Part shown: positions 27,983-37,035 of the stretch, one piece after another
Layout: each line of letters opens with the position of its first letter
How positions within the stretch are numbered: position 1 is the first letter of the stretch
Source of the DNA: Candidatus Hydrogenedentota bacterium
GTDB lineage: Bacteria > Hydrogenedentota > Hydrogenedentia > Hydrogenedentales > SLHB01
Assembly: GCA_045863335.1 (NCBI GenBank)
Contig: BTVY01000019.1
Span: 1-64,000, forward strand
Length of the DNA stretch: 64,000 nt
Direction: 5' to 3'
Notes under the pieces: generated by a model
The model's database searches: none
Seen by the model: only the letters and a program-made list of their open reading frames with translations
Told to the model about the DNA's origin: nothing
Translations under genes and position numbers: made by a program

Positions 27983-29509
27983 TTACGAAGTGCGGGTGCC
28001 TGCCGCTTTCGCTGCCTTGATGCTGTCCAGGCGGGGAACCGAGTAGGTGCCCATAATCATCTGATCGAGGATGCTGGCGTCCGTGCACCAGAAATGGGCG
28101 TTTTCCAAGGATATCTCCTTCTTCTTATACATTCCGTACAGGTAATTCTCGAAGAGGAACGAGTGCGACACGGTCTGCTGCATGCCCACGCGAATCCCGT
28201 CGGTGTCGCCCTCCAGGATAGCGTCGTTGATGGGCTTGATGTCGTTGAACATGACTTCAAGCGCCGGGAGCCGGCCCCCGCCAATCTTGGGCACGAGCCG
28301 CTGGCAAATCACACAGCGCAGGCAGTCGCGAATCTGCAGTTTCACAAGGTCGCGTTCGACAGGGTCGAAAAAGCTCACGATTCGGTTGATGACTTCATAG
28401 GCCGTGTTCGAGTGAAGGGTGCTAATGACCAGGTGACCGGTCGCCGCGGCGCTGATGGCCGACCGGATCGTATCGGGATCGCGCATTTCGCCGATGACAA
28501 TCACGTCGGGATCGTGGCGCAGGGCGCCCGTGACGGCGTCAAAGAAACTGGGGGTATCGGTACCGGTGTTTCGTTGCGACATGAGTGACTTCTTGTCGTG
28601 GTGAACGTACTCGACCGGATTCTCGATGGTGAGGATATGGGATGTATTGTGCGTGTTAATGTAGTCGACCAACGCGGCGACCGTCGTGGATTTGCCGCTA
28701 CCGGTCATCCCGACGAGAAGGATTAGTCCGTGATGCATATGGGCCAGTGATTCCATCAAGTCCGGCGGAATGTGCAGGTCCTCGAAGGATGGAATGATCT
28801 CCGGCAAGTACCGGAATGTCAGGTGCGGCGCGGCCGACTTGATGAAGCAGGACACACGCGAATACCCTAATCCGGCCTGGTGATAGCTGAAGCTGGCCTG
28901 TTGCCGCTCGGTGAACTCCTTCCAATCTTTCTCGGGCGCGATATCCCGAATCAGCGCCATGATTTGTGTGGCCGACAAGGTGGGGAGCACGTCCGACACG
29001 TGGGTTTCGCCATCGACGCGGAACACGGGAGGTTGCCCCGCGCACAGATGCACGTCGCTCGCTTTGTATTCGATCAGGGCTTTGAACAGCAGTTCAGGAC
29101 TGATCGGTTCGATCCGGTGTTTCTCGCCGTGGATTCTCCAGACTTCCGGAAGCGATACCAGTTTACAATACTCATCGAGGGCTTCGAGTCCGCGATCCGG
29201 ATCCTTTGCATCGGGACAAGGGCAGCGAAGGATGTTCCAGCCGTCTTCATCGGTGAGCGAACAATCCCCCTCGAAGTCGGCCACGACCTTCTGCATCATC
29301 TCGAGGGCGTGACCCTTGGCATGGGCGCGGAGCCGGTACGAGGTGAAAGGGCCTTCCAACGCCTCGCGCTCCGCGATGATTTCCAGGGCTGCCGAGCGTG
29401 CGACGATTTTTCGCGGGACTCCTTCCTTTTCAATCAGCTCTTTTTCAGCGGTCGCAATGATCTCGCGCGCGCCCTTCTGCCGCCCCACCCCCAGGATAAA
29501 CTCCGCCAT
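27983..29509 (-). CDS. PilT/PilU-family type IV pilus ATPase with N-terminal extension
   Basis: ASDVHL, GMTGSGKST, TIENPVEY, ALRHDPDVIVIGEMRD, TGHLVISTLH, GMQ. Confidence 0.9.
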   Translation of the reverse strand: MAEFILGVGRQKGAREIIATAEKELIEKEGVPRKIVARSAALEIIAEREALEGPFTSYRLRAHAKGHALEMMQKVVADFEGDCSLTDEDGWNILRCPCPDAKDPDRGLEALDEYCKLVSLPEVWRIHGEKHRIEPISPELLFKALIEYKASDVHLCAGQPPVFRVDGETHVSDVLPTLSATQIMALIRDIAPEKDWKEFTERQQASFSYHQAGLGYSRVSCFIKSAAPHLTFRYLPEIIPSFEDLHIPPDLMESLAHMHHGLILLVGMTGSGKSTTVAALVDYINTHNTSHILTIENPVEYVHHDKKSLMSQRNTGTDTPSFFDAVTGALRHDPDVIVIGEMRDPDTIRSAISAAATGHLVISTLHSNTAYEVINRIVSFFDPVERDLVKLQIRDCLRCVICQRLVPKIGGGRLPALEVMFNDIKPINDAILEGDTDGIRVGMQQTVSHSFLFENYLYGMYKKKEISLENAHFWCTDASILDQMIMGTYSVPRLDSIKAAKAAGTRTS

Positions 29510-29683
29510 GGATGCTCTCCCTCTTCTCCGGCCGCGTCGGCCATCTCTGCGCGCCTCAATGCGCGCATGCCCCCGGTCTACGCGCGACCATCATACGCGG
29601 TCACAAGAGATCCGTCAATGAGCCTGCGCAAGCAAAGCAAACTGCGCAAGATGTCTCGCGTCGTGTGATGCCCTGCCAGGTAC

Positions 29684-29717
29684 AAAAAACGGGCCGCTTG
29701 CGCGCGCAAGCGGCCCG
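29684..29717 (-). terminator. Rho-independent terminator of the LysM transglycosylase gene
   Basis: CGGGCCGCTTGC stem followed by TTTTTT on the - strand. Confidence 0.8.
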
Positions 29718-29740
29718 AATGCGAATTGGAATTTCACTCG

Positions 29741-32362
29741 CTACTTTGTGTGAATCGTCACTTCTTCGCCGATCTGGAGGACGTGGCTCTTGGACCAATT
29801 GTTCCACTTGAAGAGGTCGCTGGTGGAGACGCCGTACTTTTGGGCGATGGTGGAGGGGCTTTGCCCGGCAGTGGTCTTGTGGACGATGGTCTTGCCGGAT
29901 GAACTCGATGAGTTGGAACCGACGCCGCCGAGGGGCACTTTCAGTTCCTGGCCGGCTTTGAGTACGGAGTTCTTGGAGAGCCCGTTGGCGGCGAGCAGAT
30001 CGTCGACGCTCACGCCGTATTTCTGGGCGATGGTCCAGGCGCTTTCACCGGACTTTACGGTATGGCCCTGGGACGCGGCCGGCAGGGGTGAGGAGGTCCC
30101 CGTGGCCCCGGCGACCTTCAGGGTCTGCCCTGTGCGCAGTACGGCGTTTTTGGAGAGGCCGTTCATCGCGAGGAGATCGCCGAGGTCCATCCCGTACTTG
30201 GAGGCGATGGTCCAGGGGCTTTCGCCGCTGGCGACGGTGTGGCTTGCGGTCACGATGTCGGGTTCTACTGTGCTTGGGGCCGTCGGCGCCGCGGTCCCGG
30301 GCGCGGAGACGACCAGGACCTGACCAACTTTGACAATGTCGTTCTTGGAAAGGCCGTTCCATTTCAGGAAGTCGTCGAGGCTGATCCCGTGCTTGGACGC
30401 GATAACGGAGGCGCTTTCACCGGGAGCCACTTTGTGGGTCGTCTGCGGCCCGGGTTCCGCCGTGCTGGTCGACGCGGCTGCGCTTTCAAGTACTGCCGTC
30501 GTGGGTTTCTCCGGCGTGGCGGTCGACGCGACCTGTACGGGTTGCGGCGCAGTCTTCGAGTAGACGACCAGCTCATCGCCGACGCGGATGATGGACCTCT
30601 TGCTTAGGTTGTTCCACGCGAGCAAGTTGTCGATGTCTACTCCATGTTGTTCGGCGATCTTGGAGGGGAACTCGCCAGGCCGCACCTTGTGGATGATCTT
30701 CTGCCCATCCGGGGCCGCCGCTGGAGAACTGCCGGAGCGCGGATCGGACACGTACAGGGATTGTCCCACGCTGATGCGGGCGCGCCGGTCCAGTCCATTC
30801 CACGCTTGGAGGTCGTCGAGCGATACGCCTTTGGCGCGCGCGATGTCGTAGAGCGTGTCGCCTCGCTTTACGCGATACTCTTCCGCATTGCCGGAGTCGA
30901 TTGCGGCCACGGCTGCGGCCGGCGCCGAAGGCTCAGGCGTTGCGGCGGCGGGGGCGGGTTCCGGCGCGGCCTCTCGTCCTGGAATGACGAGCTTCTTTCC
31001 GACGTGGAGCTTGCTCGCAGACCGGATTCGGTTCGCTTCCATCAGGTCCTTTACCGGCACGCCGTATTTTCTGGCGATACCGGACGGGGTTTCCCCGCGG
31101 CGGACCGTGTGCGTCGCACCGCCCGAAGTGCTCGCGTAGGTGGCCTTCTTCGGACTCTTGTAGATTTCATCCAACGCGGCCAGGAACTTCTCGTTCGCTG
31201 CCGCCGGCACGGCAATCGCATGCTCGCCGGAAGGCGGCGTCACACCCTTAATCAGATCGGGATTGAGCCGCTTCAGGGTGCCCGATTCGAGGCCGCTTTC
31301 CTTGTCGAGCATGGACAGGGAGTAGGAGCCGCGGACAGGGACGCGCACGATGGGTTCGGGGGGCTGGGGATTGCGTGTAAACCCGTAGCGTTCCGGGTTG
31401 TTGCCCACGATTACACTCGCCAAGAATTTGGGATAGAACTTCTTGGTTTCAGTTTTCATGTGACTCGAGGCCGGCGGCGTTTCGATAAGTTGCCACAGGT
31501 CGCGCTCGCCCCCGTTCATGGCGATGGCGCGGCTGATTCCGCCTTCGCCCATGTTGTACGAGGACACAGCAAGGGGCCACTCGCCGTCGAACATGGCGTT
31601 CAAATCGCGCAGATACGCAATCGCGGCATGGGTGGCTTTCTGCCAGTCACGACGTTCGTCCACGTAGCTGTCAATCTGCAGGCCGTAGCGGGAACCGGTG
31701 GCGCGCATGAACTGCCACATGCCCGATGCCCCGGCGCGAGACGTGACGTTCGGATGGAATTGACTTTCCACCATGGCCAGCCAGACGAGATCCTTCGGCA
31801 ACCCGGCTTTCATCAACTCCTGCTCGATATACGGCCGGTAGAGGTAACTGCGATCGAGGCCCCATTGGAAATTCTTGGGGTACAGTTTTTGGATCTCTTC
31901 GATTTCCGCGATGACTCGCTCATTGATGAAGCCTTTTGCGAAGAGTTCGCCCCCTACGCGCGCGTCGGGTCCTAATTCGCCGACTCCACTTCGTTCGAAG
32001 AGGTTGGCCGTTTCGGTGGTGGAATCCAGAATCCGCTCGAATTCCGTCCGGAGGCTGTAAAAGACCGATGGGTCGAGGTCCGCTTCGATCAAAAGCTGGA
32101 GCATGGTGTTGTAATGGCGAAGCGCGCCCTGTTGGTCACCCGCTTCCTGGGCCTCGTTCGCTCTTCGGAAGGCGGCGTCGGCGGCTTTGAGCAAATCGGT
32201 TGCCGTGTCCTTGGAAACCGGATCGAGATCCTGGGCGCCTACCTTGGCGACGGGCACCGGTTCGAACTGGTGGGTTTGGTCTGGCGTGGTCGAACATCCA
32301 GCGAAGATGGCAGCGCCGGCGGTCAGAAGCCCGGCGGCTTGCAGGCATGTTGTCTTGCGCAC
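29741..32362 (-). CDS. mltD: MltD-like lytic transglycosylase lipoprotein with 7 LysM domains
   Basis: Lipobox FAGC. SLT motifs AMVES, GMWQFM, SYNMGEG, ET..FYPK. Seven H/Y-x-V/T-x-x-G-E/D/Q LysM repeats. Confidence 0.88.
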   Translation of the reverse strand: MRKTTCLQAAGLLTAGAAIFAGCSTTPDQTHQFEPVPVAKVGAQDLDPVSKDTATDLLKAADAAFRRANEAQEAGDQQGALRHYNTMLQLLIEADLDPSVFYSLRTEFERILDSTTETANLFERSGVGELGPDARVGGELFAKGFINERVIAEIEEIQKLYPKNFQWGLDRSYLYRPYIEQELMKAGLPKDLVWLAMVESQFHPNVTSRAGASGMWQFMRATGSRYGLQIDSYVDERRDWQKATHAAIAYLRDLNAMFDGEWPLAVSSYNMGEGGISRAIAMNGGERDLWQLIETPPASSHMKTETKKFYPKFLASVIVGNNPERYGFTRNPQPPEPIVRVPVRGSYSLSMLDKESGLESGTLKRLNPDLIKGVTPPSGEHAIAVPAAANEKFLAALDEIYKSPKKATYASTSGGATHTVRRGETPSGIARKYGVPVKDLMEANRIRSASKLHVGKKLVIPGREAAPEPAPAAATPEPSAPAAAVAAIDSGNAEEYRVKRGDTLYDIARAKGVSLDDLQAWNGLDRRARISVGQSLYVSDPRSGSSPAAAPDGQKIIHKVRPGEFPSKIAEQHGVDIDNLLAWNNLSKRSIIRVGDELVVYSKTAPQPVQVASTATPEKPTTAVLESAAASTSTAEPGPQTTHKVAPGESASVIASKHGISLDDFLKWNGLSKNDIVKVGQVLVVSAPGTAAPTAPSTVEPDIVTASHTVASGESPWTIASKYGMDLGDLLAMNGLSKNAVLRTGQTLKVAGATGTSSPLPAASQGHTVKSGESAWTIAQKYGVSVDDLLAANGLSKNSVLKAGQELKVPLGGVGSNSSSSSGKTIVHKTTAGQSPSTIAQKYGVSTSDLFKWNNWSKSHVLQIGEEVTIHTK

Positions 32363-32432
32363 TGAGCAGCGTTCTCCTATTTCGTAGGGTTGCGCGAGGA
32401 GGCAACCGCCTTTGAATCCCTCTCAATTTATG

Positions 32433-32461
32433 AGTTTAGACAACTATAGATTGCGTGTCAA
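32433..32461 (-). promoter_or_regulatory. Sigma-70 promoter for the mltD-like gene
   Basis: TTGACA-17 nt-TAAACT on the - strand, about 70 nt upstream of the start. Confidence 0.7.
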
Positions 32462-32704
32462 GAGTAGAATGCGACTATATGTTGCGATTTTCGAGATTTT
32501 CGAGTTGTGGTGGTCGGGCGCTCGGCTCGCGCGCTGTGTCCCACCAATCGGTGCCCGGGAAGGTATCTTCACGTTAGCCGGGACTTGGGAACTCGCTCCC
32601 CTTCTCCAGAATTGGTGTTGCGACCAACTGGTCCCCCGCGTTCCGGGCAAAGTTGCTGCCCGCGATCCTAGTGGAAACCAGCCGGAATTGCAATGTAGAT
32701 GAGA

Positions 32705-33721
32705 TTATTGGACGCCGCGTATCCGCGCCATCGAAACGTTCAAAACCAGGGCGGCCATGAGAATCGCGCCGCTGATGGACTCTTTGAGGTAGATGTCGAT
32801 CTGGACGTGGTTGAGACCGTTGTACAGAATCCCGAGGGTCAACACGCCGACTACCGTGTTCGCGATGCCCCCCTTGCCCCCGAAGAGGGACGTTCCGCCG
32901 AGGACAACCGCTGAAATGCAGGCAATCAGCATGTTGTCGAGTCCACCGGCTTGGGCGCTACCGAGACGTCCGATGAGGATGATGCCGGAGAGGCCTGCGG
33001 TGATCGAGCAAATGCACAGGCAGGCGACGAGGGTAAGGGACACATTCACGCCGGACAATTGGGCGGCCTGGCGGTTGCCGCCGACAGCATAGACGCTGCG
33101 CCCGAATCGCGTATAGCGGAGAACGACCAAGGCGATGGCCAAGGCGACGGCCGCCGCAATGGTAATCAGTGGTATTTCAATCCAGGGAATCTGCTCACCG
33201 GCTTCGTTCGTGCCGTGAAGCAGCGGGATGGATTTCGTGCCAACGTAGGCCAGCACCGGGGGAATCTCGAAGATCGGGGTTCCCCGGGTGATGCGCAGGG
33301 ACAACCCCTTGGTGATGAGAAAGAGGGCCAGCGTCATCATGAAAGACGGCACGCCAAGCCGTGCGACGCCGAATCCGTTGAGCAAACCGAATCCCATGCA
33401 CGCAAGCACGGCGATGAGAATGGGCAACGCCTGCACGAGCACGCCGGGCATGGCCCCGCTGGCAGCGAATGATTTGTACAGGTAGGCCGCGAGAACTCCC
33501 GCGAAGATGGCCATGTTTTCGATGCTCAAATCGATCTCGGCCGTGAGCAGAACGAAAGTGATGCCAACGGCCATGATGGCCAGGGCAGAATTCTGGCGCA
33601 GGATATTCAGCAGATTCTCGCTGGTCAGGAAGGTGTCGGTGATCAACGAGAAAAACAGGAACATGGCAACGCACGTGATCAGGGGTGCAAACGCGCCCAA
33701 CTTTCCCAAAAGGTGCTTCAT
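32705..33721 (-). CDS. Sugar ABC transporter permease (RbsC-like)
   Basis: EIDLS, TRFGRSVYAVGGNRQAAQLSG, AVVLGGTSLFGG. Confidence 0.92.
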   Translation of the reverse strand: MKHLLGKLGAFAPLITCVAMFLFFSLITDTFLTSENLLNILRQNSALAIMAVGITFVLLTAEIDLSIENMAIFAGVLAAYLYKSFAASGAMPGVLVQALPILIAVLACMGFGLLNGFGVARLGVPSFMMTLALFLITKGLSLRITRGTPIFEIPPVLAYVGTKSIPLLHGTNEAGEQIPWIEIPLITIAAAVALAIALVVLRYTRFGRSVYAVGGNRQAAQLSGVNVSLTLVACLCICSITAGLSGIILIGRLGSAQAGGLDNMLIACISAVVLGGTSLFGGKGGIANTVVGVLTLGILYNGLNHVQIDIYLKESISGAILMAALVLNVSMARIRGVQ

Positions 33722-33910
33722 GAAACGACTCCGCTCGAATTGACGGGGGTAGCCTATGGTACATCCGGGACTGTCGAAATGGGAAGCACCAGTTTTTCCC
33801 CTTTTGGTTCGCCCCGGCATCGTACGTATGGAAGTCACAGGCGCAGTTTTTGATCGAGAGGCTGTGCGCAAGTATCATCTTGCGGATTGCAACTACTAGG
33901 GGGAATCGTG

Positions 33911-35119
33911 ATGACGACCGAAAACACAACCGGTGAACAGCCCCATGAAGTCAAAGCGGTTCCGCAATGGCGGCTCACGTCGCTGGACGCCCTCCGGGGT
34001 TTCACTATGTTCTGGATTATCGGTTCGGGCGCGTTCTACGACTCGCTCAAGATCATTGCCGAACGGGGCGGGGAGGAGATCAAGGATTTCGCGGTGTTAG
34101 CGAAGTCAGGCGTCGCCGGATTTCTGGCCAATCAACTTGAGCACCGATCCTGGGAAGGGTTCGTTTTTTACGATCTGATTTTTCCCATGTTCATCTTCAT
34201 TATCGGCGTTTCCATCGTGTTCTCGTTGCAGAAGATGCTAGCGCGGGAAGGAAAAGCCGCGGTCTACAAACGAGTATTCAAGCGTTTCGCGCTCTTGTTC
34301 CTGCTCGGTGTCTTCTACGACGAAGGCATGGCGAAGTTCTACGAGTACACGGACGCGGGAATGGTGGACTACAGCGATTTCGATGAGAACGTCTTGTGCG
34401 GCGTGCTACAGCGGCTGGCCCTGTGTTACCTCCTGACGAGTCTGCTCTTTATCCACCTTCGGCTGAAGGGGCTCATCGCCGTCTTCGTGACGATCATGAT
34501 CGCGTACTGGGCGATTTGCTCCTTCGTGCCCGCGCCCGACGAGCCGGAATACTCGCTGGCGAAGAACCACAACATCTCCCACTGGATCGACAAGCAGATT
34601 CCGCCGTACTACGGAACCGATCCGGAGGGATACTTCAGCACCTTCCCGGCGGTTTGCTCCTGCTTACTGGGCGTTTTCACCGCTTTTCTGATTCGGAGTC
34701 AATCCGTCCCCGATCAGAAGAAAGTTCTGTACATGTTCGGGACGGGTGTTGCGATGATTCTTCTGGGGTATCTGTGGAGTTACCAGTTCCCAATCATCAA
34801 GCGACTCTGGACATCCTCGTATGTGTTGGTGGCCGGGGGATACAGCCTGGTTCTGCTTGCGATCTTCTACCAGATCATCGACATCTGGCAGATTCGCAAG
34901 TGGTCCACGCCGTTCATCTGGATTGGCGCGAACCCGCTGACGATCTACATGGCGACCAACATTGTGGATTTTGAAGCCCTGGCAGATCGCTTTGTTGGGG
35001 GTCCGGTGCGGGAATCTCTGGGAATCTACGGCCCGCTCCTGAATACGACTGTGTCCGTCGCGCTGTGCATCTGGCTCGTTCGTTTCCTGTACAAACGGCA
35101 GATCTTCCTGCGCGTTTAG
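33911..35119 (+). CDS. Heparan-alpha-glucosaminide N-acetyltransferase-like (DUF5009/NagX-type) membrane acyltransferase
   Basis: RLTSLDALRG, H..WEG..FYDLIFPMFIF, GVLQRLAL, DPEG, PIIKRLWTSSY. Confidence 0.88.
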   Translation: MTTENTTGEQPHEVKAVPQWRLTSLDALRGFTMFWIIGSGAFYDSLKIIAERGGEEIKDFAVLAKSGVAGFLANQLEHRSWEGFVFYDLIFPMFIFIIGVSIVFSLQKMLAREGKAAVYKRVFKRFALLFLLGVFYDEGMAKFYEYTDAGMVDYSDFDENVLCGVLQRLALCYLLTSLLFIHLRLKGLIAVFVTIMIAYWAICSFVPAPDEPEYSLAKNHNISHWIDKQIPPYYGTDPEGYFSTFPAVCSCLLGVFTAFLIRSQSVPDQKKVLYMFGTGVAMILLGYLWSYQFPIIKRLWTSSYVLVAGGYSLVLLAIFYQIIDIWQIRKWSTPFIWIGANPLTIYMATNIVDFEALADRFVGGPVRESLGIYGPLLNTTVSVALCIWLVRFLYKRQIFLRV

Positions 35120-35139
35120 CCGTCTTGAACGCTCATCAC

Positions 35140-35175
35140 CGAGCCCTCCGCTTGCTTTTTCCTGCGGAGGGCTCG
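35140..35175. terminator. GC-rich hairpin after the acyltransferase gene
   Basis: CGAGCCCTCCGC / GCGGAGGGCTCG 12-bp stem with no clear U tract. Confidence 0.4.
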
Positions 35176-35358
35176 AACGCTTGTGAGCCGACACACCGTC
35201 GGCTGGTCATCGAATCGGCAAACCCGTACAATCGCGGGCGGTGACGGACACGGGATGCCTTCATGGGTCAAGCCACGAGATCTCATTCGCGTCTTTATTC
35301 TGGCCGGGGTCCGGTGAATCCTGTTCCAGTAACCGCTTTGCCCCGGACGGCGGACATC

Positions 35359-37035
35359 ATGGGTGTTCCCAATCCAATCCTCGTGGCCATTCTGTGGTTG
35401 TGGCCGATTCCAGTGCTGTTCGTCGTTTGGCGTTATTTACGGAAGTTGCCAACCGCTCCAGAGCCCGAGCCCGAGCCCGAGTGGTTTGGCCGGCCATTGA
35501 AAGTGCCGCTGGACAGTCTGGACAAGCTGAGCCTGACGATTCTATTTGCGCTCTTCGTCCTGGTTTGGATTGGCCGAAATTCGATCTTCCCCGTTCCGCC
35601 GGATTCGTACTACCACCTCATGGTCGCCCGGCAAATCTACGAGACCCATTCTGTACCGCTGTGGAATTCCTGGGAATGGGCGCCGCTGGGGCGTCCGCAC
35701 CTCTACCCGCCGCTGTACCACGTTTTGCTGGCTCTTTTTGCCGTGCCCTTCAATGGCGATCTACTCGCGGCTTTTCGCAACCTGCAACCGGCCATGCTGC
35801 CCTTTGCGCATTTAACAACCTGGTACCTGGCGCGGTGGTTGTTTGACTCGCGCCGCGCCTTTATTGCGCTTCTGATCGTTGGGCTAGAACCCGTGCTGGT
35901 CACGTCGTCCGCACTGGGCATGCCGGGTGTCTTGGTGACCTCGTGGGTGAGCTTGCTGGTGGTGTTCTTCCTTTCGGGACGGTGGATCCTTGCCTGCGCG
36001 ATGTTAACCGTCGCGTTTTACACCCATCTCGGCATTCCCGCGCTGACGCTCATCGGGCTCGGATTGTTCTGCCTGGTTCGGCGCCAGTATTTGACGCGCT
36101 ATGTCGGAATGGCGTTGACGGCGCTTGCACTGGCGTCGCCGTGGTTCATCCGAATCTACGTCTTTCGGGACTGGTTCACCCATCCGCTCGACGCGGGCCT
36201 GTACGGCATCATCGAACCGTGGAAGTTGCCGTTCATCAAGCTCGCCTGGCTTCAGATGATCAATCTCTTCGTCGTGCTTCTCGTGATTCTCGCGGTTCCG
36301 CAGATCCGCTGGCGCGAGACCCGCAACCTCGTCCTGCTCTGCCTGCTCATCGGTTTCCTGCCGATGCTGCTCAGTTACGGCGGTCGATACTACATTCACA
36401 CCATCCACTTGTGGGCGATCTTCGCCGCGGTGCCATTTCTTGGCTTTGCCGGCGAACCCCTGCGATGGCGGCGCGTCGGCGCGCTGGCCTTGCTTGCGCT
36501 GTGTCCGGCGCCATCCCTCATCGGCCACGGGACGCCCTATCCCCCCGGCGTGTACCCCATGCCGTCGGCGTGGATGGTCGGGCCGGTGGTGGCCGCGGGC
36601 GGACTGAAAGTCCTAGATGGCGGAGGTGGATTGGGCTTCGCATCGTTGGAGGACTGCCAGACCGTGGCTGAAGAGATCCAGGCCAAGACTGAGCCGGACC
36701 AGATTGTCTATTTCACCTGGGATCGCGACCTCGGAGTCGCGATCGGCTACCTCAGCGGACACCCCATCGATACCGGGGCCTGGGAGGAGACCATGCCCGA
36801 TGAACTCAGCCGCAATTTGATCCGGTGGTACGCGTTCAACGACAAGACCCCCTGTTATGTGTCCCGCATGGGGTATGGCGTGCCTCACCAGATTGAAGAG
36901 CGCGAAATCGCCGGTATGTATATGGGACTTCGCGCCGCCGAGGAACCGGGTGAGGGCGACAGGCGCGACGCGGAAAAGAAGAAGCGTCACCAGAAGAGGC
37001 GCGAACAGCGGGAAGCGAAGGAATCGACGTCATGA
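35359..37035 (+). CDS. Multi-TM protein, GT-C-fold glycosyltransferase-like
   Basis: PDSYYH and HLYPPLYH in the first loop, about 12 TM segments, and a soluble C-terminal domain. Start uncertain. Confidence 0.65.
   Translation: MGVPNPILVAILWLWPIPVLFVVWRYLRKLPTAPEPEPEPEWFGRPLKVPLDSLDKLSLTILFALFVLVWIGRNSIFPVPPDSYYHLMVARQIYETHSVPLWNSWEWAPLGRPHLYPPLYHVLLALFAVPFNGDLLAAFRNLQPAMLPFAHLTTWYLARWLFDSRRAFIALLIVGLEPVLVTSSALGMPGVLVTSWVSLLVVFFLSGRWILACAMLTVAFYTHLGIPALTLIGLGLFCLVRRQYLTRYVGMALTALALASPWFIRIYVFRDWFTHPLDAGLYGIIEPWKLPFIKLAWLQMINLFVVLLVILAVPQIRWRETRNLVLLCLLIGFLPMLLSYGGRYYIHTIHLWAIFAAVPFLGFAGEPLRWRRVGALALLALCPAPSLIGHGTPYPPGVYPMPSAWMVGPVVAAGGLKVLDGGGGLGFASLEDCQTVAEEIQAKTEPDQIVYFTWDRDLGVAIGYLSGHPIDTGAWEETMPDELSRNLIRWYAFNDKTPCYVSRMGYGVPHQIEEREIAGMYMGLRAAEEPGEGDRRDAEKKKRHQKRREQREAKESTS

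Noticed and set aside
35461-35481. GAGCCC x3 short tandem repeat (EPEPEPE)
   Set aside because: It is an in-frame 6-bp linker repeat and cannot cause phase variation by frameshift.
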